Source: Octopus sinensis
Lineage: Eukaryota
NCBI RefSeq assembly: GCF_006345805.1
Contig: NW_021825329.1
Location: 1 to 15,793 of the forward strand
DNA length: 15,793 nucleotides
Direction of reading: 5' to 3'
The notes beneath the pieces are model-generated. The model saw only the letters and a list, made by a program, of their open reading frames with translations, did no database searches and was not told the DNA's origin. The translations under genes and the position numbers were made by a program. Of the stretch, positions 1-8,900 are shown in pieces (the first letter of the stretch is position 1; every line of letters starts with the position of its first letter).

Positions 1-27
1 GATAGATGACAAGGCGTCGAATCTCTG

Positions 28-716
28 TTACTTTCTTTTTTTTTACTTGTTTCAGTTATTTGACTGCGGCCATGCTGGAGCACCACATTTAGTCGAGCAA
101 ATCGACCCCGGGACTTATTCTTTGTAAGCCCAGCACTTATTCTATCGGTCTCTTTTGCCGAACCGCTAAGTGACGAGGACGTAAACACACCAGCATCGGT
201 TGTCAAGCAATGCTAGGGGGACAAACACAGACACACAAACATATACACACCAGCCGAAATTGCGAAGATGATCCGGTTCCTGACTGATGATTGAGGGCTT
301 CGTGTTTTTTGTGTCGTCTTCTAAATTTTCACGTTCTTGTTCCAGTTTGTCATATTTTTACTTTTATATATATATTATATATATATAATATATATATATA
401 TCATATATTACGACAGGTTCTTTCAGTTCCGTCTACCAAATCCACTCATAGGCATTGGTCGCTCAAGGCTATAGTAGAAGACACTTGCCCAAGATGCCAC
501 GCAGTGGGACTGAACCCGGAACCATGTGGTTGGTAAGCAAGCTACTTACCACACAGCGGGCTTCTTTCAGTTTCCGTCTACCAAATCCACTCACAAGGCA
601 TTGGTCGGCTCGAGGCTATAGTAGAAGACACTTGCCTAAGATGCCACGCAGTGGGACTGAACCAGGACCATGAGGTTGGTAAGCAAGCTACTTACCACAC
701 AGCCACTCCTGCGCCT
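28..716 (-). mobile_element. tRNA-derived SINE, family A (label used here), composite: 3' body 28-250, head module 409-556, second head module 557-716
   Basis: Minus strand begins AGGCGCAGGAGTGGCTGTGTGG (A-box-like) and has a B-box-like GGTTCAGTCCC. Near-identical to copies at 2777-3189, 3880-4300, 8901-9306 and 11196-11975. Interrupted at 251-400 by another repeat plus (TA)n. Confidence 0.9.
251..361. repeat. Short dispersed repeat, copy 1 (unclassified, possibly a retroelement terminus)
   Basis: CAGCCGAAATTGCGAAGATGATCCGGTTCC...GGCTTCG...TGTCGTC...CGTTCTTGT aligns with 1149-1295. It sits in the CA/TA linker of a family A SINE. Confidence 0.7.
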
Positions 717-974
717 ATGAAGAAATAAAAAGAAAAAAACTTCGTAGTCTTTAAGAACAGATCCTCAACTAAATTTTAATCAGTTTCAGTGTTTCTTGTA
801 TTAGCGACCTGGTTGCACCTCCGTGGCAGAAATATGAACATCTCATGAAGTAAATTAAAACAGTACTCAATATGTTTTTTCTAAAGCGTTTATTGTGTGT
901 TTTTCATTGGCTGAGATGACTTCCTATGTAATTGTTTCAGTCTTAACACAACCTCAAGTCAAAAATCCGAATCA

Positions 975-1503
975 TTTGCTATACCCGTTAGACATATATA
1001 CATGTATGTATGCATGTATGCATGTATGCAAGTGCACATGTAGGTAATATATACACGTGTACATGTATATATGTACTTATATATGCATATATAAATATTT
1101 ATGCATATCTCTACATGTATGTGTGTATATATATATGTGTATATATAACAGCTGAAATTGCTAAGATGATCCGGTTCCCACTGAAGATTAGAGGCTTCGA
1201 GTGACCCGTTTGTTTTTCTTTGTGTCGTCTCTTTGTGTGTTTTTGCGTTCTTGTCCCACTTTGTAATTTATATTTTATATTTTATATTTGATTCTATAAT
1301 AAAATATATATATATATATATATATATGGCTGTATATACGTATGTATATGTGTGTGTATACGAGTATGTATGTTTATAATGTCTATCTACATATCTCTAC
1401 ATGCACATGTATGTAAAACGCAATGCATTTGTATATACTACACATATATACATACATATATACATACATACATGCATACATACGTACATACTACACACAC
1501 ACA

Positions 1504-1592
<89 letters not shown>

Positions 1593-1610
1593 AATATATA
1601 TATATCACTA
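975..1610. repeat. Compound (TA)n/(TG)n/(TATG)n/(CA)n microsatellite region
   Basis: Directly visible. It explains the MYV/HTH-rich ORFs at 1010-1616. Confidence 0.9.
1149..1295. repeat. Short dispersed repeat, copy 2
   Basis: CAGCTGAAATTGCTAAGATGATCCGGTTCCCACTGAAGATTAGAGGCTTCG, homologous to 251-361 and flanked by (TA)n. Confidence 0.7.
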
Positions 1611-1995
1611 ATGTAGGATAAAATTTTTTTCGAAAAAAAATTTTATCAATAGCCAGCATATCAAAACATAACGGACTTTTAAATTACTATCGGCATGGTT
1701 TCGAGACGCTAAATTAAATGGTTATTGACAATTTTGTCTTTTTTTTTCGGCATATTGGCATTAGAATATTTCTTTTGCCCTTATTTTATAAGTTATATAT
1801 ATATATATATATAATAATATATTAGGGAATAAATCCAAATTTACAGGGAAAAATCAGATTTAGGATTGAATCCAATTTTATAACGATCGTAGTGGTTATT
1901 TATAATTGTTAAATTTAATTCATATAAATTATTTTATGTATTGGCTTAAGTCTTTCTTTGTTTGATTTGCATAATAGTGGGTTTTGTCTCTAATT

Positions 1996-2250
1996 TAACG
2001 TAATATATATATTCTATATATATATATATATAGATATACATATATACATGTCGTTTTATATATATAATATATATATATATATACATATATACTGTAACGT
2101 TTTTTTATGTATAGAATATAATATATATATACATGTGCATGTATATGTATGTATATGATATATATGCGTGTGTTTGTGTGTATATATATATATTTGTACA
2201 ATATAGGTCTCTATGTTCGATGTGTAAGTATATATGTATACATATGCCCA
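1996..2250. repeat. Degenerate (TA)n/(TG)n microsatellite
   Basis: Directly visible. Confidence 0.85.
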
Positions 2251-2672
2251 TGTTTGGGTGAGCTTTATTAAAGAAAATATATATATTCTTACTCTACAAC
2301 AGTTTCGCTGTCGCCGTTAACGAGCCTCCGTGCGAAAAGATTACAGGTGTAACATAACAGAAGGAAATTCGCATGAGGTTGACCGAGTTATCTCTCATCA
2401 ATTTCGGTTCGGTTAGAACGACGCGTGTTCAACTCAGCGAGACTGTTTATATAACGAACGAATATATGCAATAAATCATCTGTCGATGTAGAACTGGCAG
2501 TTAGCGTGACTTCAAGCCAACGAAAGCTAAAGCAATCTTCAGATTTATACACCCCTGGCGAGAGAAAATGTAGATTTAAAAGCAGAAGGTGAGGTTTCCG
2601 CAGAGATTGTTCTCATTGAGCTTTGCTGTAATTACAACCATGTTCCATCTCTCGGTTAGAGTTGCTTATAAT

Positions 2673-3736
2673 TAATTATGTGTGATGTGCGGTGAAAACG
2701 CGCGGTGTATTAGTTAGAGTTCGTGATCGTAAGGACGTGGTTTCGATTTACGGTCCGGCTGGTACGTTGAGTTCTTACTCTCTTTTACTCTTTTATTTGT
2801 TTCAGTTTTTGACTGCGGCCATGCTGGAGCACCGCCTTTAGTCGAGCAAATCGACCCCGGGGCTTATTCTTTGTAAGCCAGAGTACTTATTCTATCGGTC
2901 TCTTTTGCCGAAGCGCTAAGTGACGGGGACGTAAACACACCAGCATCGGTTGTCGAGCAATGCTAGGGGGACAAACGCAGACACACAAACATATACACAC
3001 ACACTTATATATATATACATATATACGACAGGCTTCTGTCAGTTTCCGTCTACCAAATCCACTCACAAGGCATTGGTCGGCCCGGGACTATAGCAGAAGA
3101 CACTTGCCCAAGATGCCACGCAGTGGGACTGAACCCGGAACCATGTGGTTGGTTAGCAAGCTACTTACCACACAGCCACTCCTGCGCCTAAAAATCTTTT
3201 CTTTTTATAGGCACAAGGCCTGAAATTTTAGGTGAGGGGACTAATTATGTGTGATGTGCGGTGAAAACGCGCGGTTTACTAGTTAGAGTTGCTACGCTCG
3301 TGATCGTAAGGACGTGGTTTCGATTTACATTCGGGCCGGTACGTTGAGTTCTTGAGTATTTTCTTTTATAGACACAAGGCCTGAAATTTTAGGGGAGGGG
3401 ACTAATTATGTGTGATGTGTGGTGAAAACGCGCGGTTTACTAGTTAGAGTTGCTATGCTCGTGATCGTAAGGACGTGGTTTCGATTTACGGTCCGGCCGG
3501 TACGTTGAGTTCTTGAGTATTTTCTTTTATAGACACAAGGCCTGAAATTTTAGGGGAGGGGACTAATTATGTGTGATGTGTGGTGAAAACGCGCGGTTTA
3601 CTAGTTAGCGTTGCTACGCTCGTGATCGTAAGGACGTGGTTTCGATTTACGGTCCGGCTGGTACGTTGAGTTCTTGAGTATATAAAAATCTTTTCTTTTA
3701 TAGGCACAAGGCCTGAAATTTTAGGGTAAGGGACTA
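2673..3736. repeat. Tandem array with 161-bp period, four copies of the core; the first copy is split by a family A SINE
   Basis: TAATTATGTGTGATGTG...GTACGTTGAGTTCTT starts at 2673, 3242, 3403 and 3564 (spacing 161, 161; last unit 171 bp). Each unit ends in ...CACAAGGCCTGAAATTTTAGG...GGACTA. Confidence 0.92.
2777..3189 (-). mobile_element. tRNA-derived SINE, family A, full length
   Basis: Head AGGCGCAGGAGTGGCTGTGTGG, B-box-like GGGTTCAGTCCC, (TA/TG) linker, body and (AAAAGAGT)n tail. Confidence 0.93.
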
Positions 3737-3795
3737 GTCGATTACATCGATCCCAGTGTTTCACTGATACTTATTTTATCGACCCCGAAAGGATG
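3689..3795 (-). mobile_element. SINE family C, 3' fragment
   Basis: Minus strand CATCCTTTCGGGGTCGATAAAATAAGTATCAG...GGGATCGATGTAATCGACTAG matches the central domain of the copies at 4364 and 4636. Confidence 0.8.
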
Positions 3796-3879
3796 GCAAC
3801 CTAAAACCTACACGCGAGCACACACTCATGTATGTATGTATGTATGTGTATGTGTGTATACGTACATACACACATATAT

Positions 3880-4300
3880 ACTCTTTTACTCTTTTACTTG
3901 TTTCAGTCATTTGACTGCGGCCATACTGGAGCACCGCCTTTAGTCGAGCAAATCGACCTCGGGACTTATTCTTTGTAAGCCGAGTACTTATTCTATCGGT
4001 CTCTTTTGCCGAACCGCTAAGTGACGGGGACGTAAACACACCAGCATCGGTTGTCAAGCAATGGTAGGGGGACAAACACAGACACACACACACACACATA
4101 TACACACACATAAATATATATATATATACATATATACGAAGGGCCTCTTTCAGTTTCCGTCTACCAAATCCACCTACAAGGCTTTGGTCGGCCCGAGGCT
4201 ATAGCAGAAGACACTTGCTCAAGATGCCACGCAGTGGGACTGAACCCGGAACAATGTGGTTGGTAAGCAAGCTACTTACCACACAGCCAATCCTGCGCCT
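3880..4300 (-). mobile_element. tRNA-derived SINE, family A, full length
   Basis: Same head, linker, body and AAAAGAGT tail as the other family A copies. Confidence 0.93.
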
Positions 4301-4363
4301 ATTTATATATGTATGTATATTTATGCACCTATGTATACATATATATAAATATTTCGCTTATGT

Positions 4364-4588
4364 AAGGCGGTGAGGTGGCAGTAGAATCCTTTAAGCACAT
4401 ACTAAACAAATGCTTAGCGGTGTTTCGTCCGTATTTACGTTCTGAGTTCAAATTTCGCCGTGGTCAACTTTGTCTTTCATCCCTTTCGGTGACGATAAAA
4501 TAAGTACCAGCTTATTATTATTGGGGGTCGATATAAGTGACCTAACCCCTCTCCGAAATTGCAGTCCTCCTGCCAAACTTTGAAACCA
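4364..4588 (+). mobile_element. tRNA-derived SINE, family C (diverged copy)
   Basis: AAGGCGGTGAGGTGGCAG head, B-box-like GAGTTCAAATTTC, central CTTTCATCC...GATAAAATAAGTACCAG...GGGGTCGAT. Homologous to 4636-4855 in the opposite orientation. Confidence 0.85.
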
Positions 4589-4635
4589 GTAATTTTCTTA
4601 GGCATAGTGATTCTGATAACTTCAATATACATATG

Positions 4636-4855
4636 TATTTCACTACTGCCCCACAAGGGGCTAAACACAGAGGGGACAAACGGATTACGTCGATTACATC
4701 GACCCCAGGGCGTAACTGGTACTTAATTTATCGACCCCGAAAGGATGAAAGGCAAAGTCGACCTCGGCGGAATTTGAACTCAGAACGTAACAGCAGACGA
4801 AATACGGCTACGCATTTCGCCCTGCGTGCTAACGAGTCTGCCAGCTCGCCGCCTT
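4636..4855 (-). mobile_element. tRNA-derived SINE, family C, with 19-bp target-site duplication
   Basis: Minus strand AAGGCGGCGAGCTGGCAG...GAGTTCAAATTCC...CTTTCATCCTTTCGGGGTCGATAAATTAAGTACCAG. TAACTTCAATATACATATG occurs at 4617-4635 and 4871-4889. Confidence 0.92.
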
Positions 4856-5266
4856 AATATACATATATATTAACTTCAATATACATATGCTTTAGAGAGA
4901 AGCGTTAGTCAAGTTCAGAGTGTAATAAGAGATCATATCAATGATTAGGAAACAAGAAATTATGCAAGGGACTTCATTAGCTTGCAAGTATTTCTGCTAT
5001 AGGATGTAATACACTATTTGAGCGCTTGTGTTTCACCTTCTTACATCGTTGGGCATCAGAAATGAAGTGCAAGTTTCTTTTGGGAAACATTTATACAAAT
5101 GCTTTTCGTTTTCTACGCTCTGGCGAAGCTAGAGGAGAGTGCTCGAACACTCACATATGAATGCATTGCACTTATTGCAGAAACACCTCTAAGATTATGA
5201 ATTATATAATTTCTTGTTATCTTGTACTTTATATAATCTTTCTCCCCACATACACGTGCATATACA

Positions 5267-5342
<76 letters not shown>
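5267..5342. repeat. (TATC)n microsatellite
   Basis: Pure tetranucleotide run. Confidence 0.97.
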
Positions 5343-5345
<3 letters not shown>

Positions 5346-5606
5346 TTTTTTTCCCCTTTTATCTTCTTTTTTCATTTCTCTTTCCTTTTGTTCCTTTTCC
5401 TTTTCTTTTTTTTCTTTTTATTCTTTTTATTTTATTCAATTTTTTTTGTTTTTGTTCTTTCTTCCCTTTTACGATCCCTCTTGATCGAAAACCTACGCCA
5501 CCCCCTTTTTTTTTCTTTGTTTTTGTTCTCTTCATCCCCAAAAAGAAAGCTCTACCTTGTAACTTGTCCCATCTGTGTGCAGCCCTGTGTGGCCAATAAA
5601 GAAACT
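5343..5606 (+). mobile_element. Putative LINE 3' UTR fragment (possibly L1/Tx1-like) embedded in (TATC)n
   Basis: Highly similar to 12470-12758. Pyrimidine-rich, ends CCCTGTGTGGCCAATAAAGAAACT with AATAAA at 5595-5600 and runs straight into (TATC)n. The clade assignment is inference. Confidence 0.65.
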
Positions 5607-5662
5607 TATCTATCTATCAATCTATCTATCTATCTATCTATTTATCTAATCTTATCTATCTA

Positions 5663-5706
<44 letters not shown>

Positions 5707-5780
5707 CTATCTACTATCTATCTATCTATCTATCTATCTGTCTGTCTATCTGTCTGTCTGTCTATCTATTTATCTATCTA
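5607..5780. repeat. (TATC)n/(TGTC)n microsatellite
   Basis: Directly visible. Confidence 0.95.
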
Positions 5781-5825
5781 TATAAATATGTACAAATAAC
5801 TCATATATATATATATATATATATA

Positions 5826-6120
5826 TCACGTGACCACGTGACCGACCAGACCTTCAGATGTTGTTACACATCGCTGGTCACAATGCGTTCGCATTGTTTT
5901 AGCCTTCGAATGACGCCACCCCGCTGGCTAAGCGAGCAGGCCAACAGAAGAAAGAGTGGGAGAAAGAGTGGTGAAAGAGTACAGCAGGGATCACCCCCCC
6001 CCCTGCCGGAGCCTCGTGGAGCTTTTAGGTGTTTTCGCTCAATAAACACTCACAACGCCCAGTCTGGGAATCGAAACCGCAATCCTACGACCGCGAGTCC
6101 GCTGCCCTAACCACTGGGCC

Positions 6121-6122
<2 letters not shown>
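5826..6122 (-). mobile_element. tRNA-derived SINE, family B
   Basis: Minus strand has A box TGGCCCAGTGG (6111-6121) and B box GGTTTCGATTCC (6067-6078). The tail ends GGTCACGTGGTCACGTGA. Flanked by (TA)n on both sides. Confidence 0.88.
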
Positions 6123-6173
<51 letters not shown>

Positions 6174-6188
6174 CGTATGTATATATGT

Positions 6189-6494
6189 ACACAAGATGAT
6201 AGTAAGGTATATGTAGGGGTGACAAAAAACAATATGAAACAGAGACTTAATTATCACAGCTATACATCTAGAAACAGAAATAGGAGAAATTCTACAGGGT
6301 TAAGTAGCTACATGTGGGAACTTAAGGGTGGGGGAATTAATTATAATTTACACTGGAAAATATTAATATCAGCCCCTGCGTACAATAATAAAAATAGAAA
6401 ATGTTTATTATGTATTAGTGAAAATGTTTTTCTAATTGGGGCTAAAATTCCGATTATTAACAAGTTTAAGGAACGTAACTTCCTGTCTTTATAA
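6189..6494 (+). pseudogene. GIY-YIG endonuclease domain of a 5'-truncated Penelope-like retroelement
   Basis: VYVGVT...KQRLNYH (GIY..R..H pattern), then TGLSSYMWELK, HWKIL, AY..KCLLCISE..INK.KE, typical of PLE C-terminal endonucleases. The annotated Met at 6141 lies in a microsatellite. A +1 shift near 6474 would give E-VTSCLYK, resembling the usual terminal S-C-x-H. Confidence 0.85.
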
Positions 6495-6913
6495 AACTGG
6501 GTTACCTTTAAAGTACAACTAAAGCCTAGAATTAAAATACTCCTGCAGACATAATAATAGTTATAATTACTTAGAGTTAACCATTGTTACTATATTATAT
6601 TGTATTATGTAATATGTGATAATTATGCAGATCCGTGTGCATACGTACATATGTATGTATGTATGGACGTTCGTATATTAAGTAAGTAATCGTTTGTTCT
6701 GCATATATATATCTGTATTATGTACCCTTGATATATTCATTGATGACGGTAAGCTTATTTAAAGCAAAACCAGAATCCTGGATCTTGAATTATTCAATAA
6801 CTTTTGCTTGTATATTTTTGTCACTCTGTCTTATCTCATGGTACGATATGAACACTTACGTGGTTTTTATAGTCAGAATTTCTACTGCTTTTTCGGCATG
6901 TTGTTGTCTCTCA

Positions 6914-6951
6914 GACACCCTCATTTTTAATTGACACCCTCATTTTTAATT
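6914..6951. repeat. Perfect 19-bp tandem duplication GACACCCTCATTTTTAATT x2
   Basis: 6914-6932 and 6933-6951 are identical. Confidence 0.95.
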
Positions 6952-7362
6952 GTTAAAAATTATTACCTTTGTACGGTATTTTTTCCATGCTGGCCACTTG
7001 ATAATATTGATACTTGAATATCGATATTATCCTCATATATAAATTTATATATATATATATATATATAAATGAAGGTATATATTAAGTTAGATATAATTAT
7101 ATATAATTATATACATATATGTATATGTGAGTATTTATTACTCTAGATACTACTTTTATATTTATATATGGATGTGTATTGCCCTAATATTACTTATGTT
7201 TAAATGATTTTTGATAAATTTATTCGAGGTTGTACCGGCATCCTCTCTCTTGCCGGAAATAAGCTGCGTCTGCCCGGTGGATTTGAAAAGTTAGAATATA
7301 CAAATAATGAGTTTACATGCGGCATCGAACTCGTTGTGTGTATATTTGAAATCTAAAGGCTA

Positions 7363-7430
7363 CCTACTGATGAAGACTGGCCTCAGTAAATATTTTTTTT
7401 ACTGAAATAAGTCAGAAACCATGGTCTAGG
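7363..7430 (+). ncRNA. Minimal type I hammerhead ribozyme motif
   Basis: Stem I CCTA 7363-7366 / TAGG 7427-7430; CTGATGA 7367-7373; stem II GACT/AGTC plus TCAGTAAA/TTTACTGA; GAAA 7415-7418; palindromic stem III ACCATGGT; GTC cleavage triplet 7424-7426. The 10.1/11.1 pair is an A-A mismatch. Confidence 0.75.
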
Positions 7431-7602
7431 AACTAAATTAGATGGTAAATGTTTTAAATTTTTTTCCCTTCGTGAATTTATCCCTAATTAGTGGTTTGAG
7501 TTGTTTACTGCTCTTTCTAGCGCAAGGCTTTTCTATGATAGAAGCTTCTTAATGTGTTTTAATGTACACAATATTTTATATATAAATATACATGTATATA
7601 TA

Positions 7603-8900
7603 CACTGAACCGTAAAAAAAACGCGACACGTGTGTTACTGTGAAATTTGTTTTAATTTCATTATGTCAAAGATTAATTTTGATGAATCTGATAAAGTCAA
7701 TTTCTTGGATACACTTTGACCACAGTCTATGGGTCGTGGTCTTGTGTTCTGGTAGTGGGCGGATCCTGCACAACAAGATTGTAGGGCGCAACATGTTCAA
7801 TGTCGTGTATACCCTCCCTGGGTGTTCAAAACGGCCATACACCGTCGGTACATGGAGTGTATGAGGCGGTTCACAAAAGTCATTGGCACCTGTGCACGCA
7901 CCCTGAGGAAAGCTGCCTCCAGTTCCACACGAGTTGTTGGCCTTGGGACCACCTGGTTAAGCCATTTCTGGATTTCATACCGCAGGTTTTCAATTGGGTT
8001 CAAATCTGGGATGAGGGCCGGCAATAGCATGGTTCTGATGTTGGGCTGATGCAGGAAGTCCATGGTGACCCTGGCCATGTGGGAGGGAACATTGTCCTGC
8101 AGGAACACGTGGATATGGTGATGCACGAAGAAGGGCACGATGTGAGTACTTAGGATCTGGTCAACGTAGTGCTACGCTGTGATACCATTCCCCCTGCCTG
8201 CACCAACATTTTGGAACACGTGGTGCCCAGTTCTCTGATTCTAGGCTATAGTACCCCAAGCTGTGATGCTTTGGCCACCCCACATGATACATGTGTCTCT
8301 GTAGAGTCACCCCTTCTATATCACGTCCCCACTCTGCCACTCGTTGTGGAAAAGCAGTACAGGCTTTCGTCAGAGAAGACTGTCGACCTCCATTGTTGAT
8401 GCTGCCAGTGTCGGTGCTGTGCTACTTACTGTCGTAGTTCCTGACGATGTCGGGCGGTGAGGACAGGCCCTCGAGCAGGATGGCGGCCACACAGGTTGTT
8501 GTCTGGTCAGTCGACTTCATACAGTATCGTCAACTGATTGGTCGGTGTCCAGTGCCAATGGTCTCGCGAGCTATCACGCTTCGCCAGTTTGAAGCGATTA
8601 CGGAAGTGTTGCAGGTGGATGAACCTATCTTGTGAGGGCTTGGTCCTCCGGGGATGCCCTCTGCGGGCACGGTCTGCAATGCTGTTGGTGTTGTATCGCT
8701 GCTGCAGGCGATAGATGGTGCTGACATGGATATTGTAAGCTTTCGCAACAACCAGTACACGCTGCCCTGCTTGCAATCGGCCGATAGTTTGTTCTCTCTG
8801 CGCTGCTGACAACGGGTTATTCCTGATGCGTCCAAATTATGAATGCCAGGAATGAAGTTCAAGTTGATTTTTATACTCATAACCTTCACAAAATACACAT
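7603..8900 (-). mobile_element. Tc1-family DNA transposon, degenerate; one clear terminus
   Basis: TA at 7601-7602 is followed by a Tc1-like terminal repeat CACTGAACCGTAAAAAAAACGCGACAC. The transposase remnant is on the minus strand. The 5' part is interrupted by the SINE at 8901. Confidence 0.85.
7797..8812 (-). pseudogene. Tc1 DD34E transposase pseudogene
   Basis: N-terminal HTH (QREQTIGRLQAG..STIYRL..DRARRGHPRRTKPSQDR), WRSTVFSDES (D at 8369-8371), QDN (D at 8094-8096) and PDLNPIE (E at 7989-7991) with 34 residues between D and E. Ends GGYTRH-stop. Contains stops and frameshifts. Confidence 0.92.

Larger units (their letters stand above)
6189..7500 (+). mobile_element. Penelope-like element remnant (endonuclease, long AT-rich 3' region, hammerhead motif)
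   Basis: GIY-YIG ORF followed on the same strand by a hammerhead core at 7363-7430. The 3' boundary is approximate. Confidence 0.65.

Noticed and set aside
251-310. Possible hammerhead in the short repeat (GAAA at 256-259, CTGATGA at 284-290; CTGAAGA in copy 2)
   Set aside because: No consistent stems I-III, and no GAAA follows CUGANGA in either copy.
3242-3736. CRISPR-like array
   Set aside because: Eukaryotic context; the units are whole 161-bp repeats with no unique spacers.
291-4857. ORFs ending in CPRCHAVGLNPEPCGW or RRHLPKMPRSGTEPG and other SINE-overlapping ORFs
   Set aside because: Translations of SINE sequence. Their recurrence reflects repeat copies, not a protein family.
5214-6110. 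298-aa ORF
   Set aside because: It reads through (TATC)n, a T-rich tract and an antisense SINE. The low-complexity YLSI/F-rich product has no domain signal.
6040-6122. Functional tRNA gene
   Set aside because: The A and B boxes are present, but no acceptor stem closes and the sequence continues into a SINE body. The same applies to the other SINE heads.
6743-6783. SECIS-like ATGAC...AAA...GGAT downstream of the PLE ORF (selenoprotein-coding PLEs exist)
   Set aside because: Helix II pairs poorly and the ORF fragment has no in-frame TGA.
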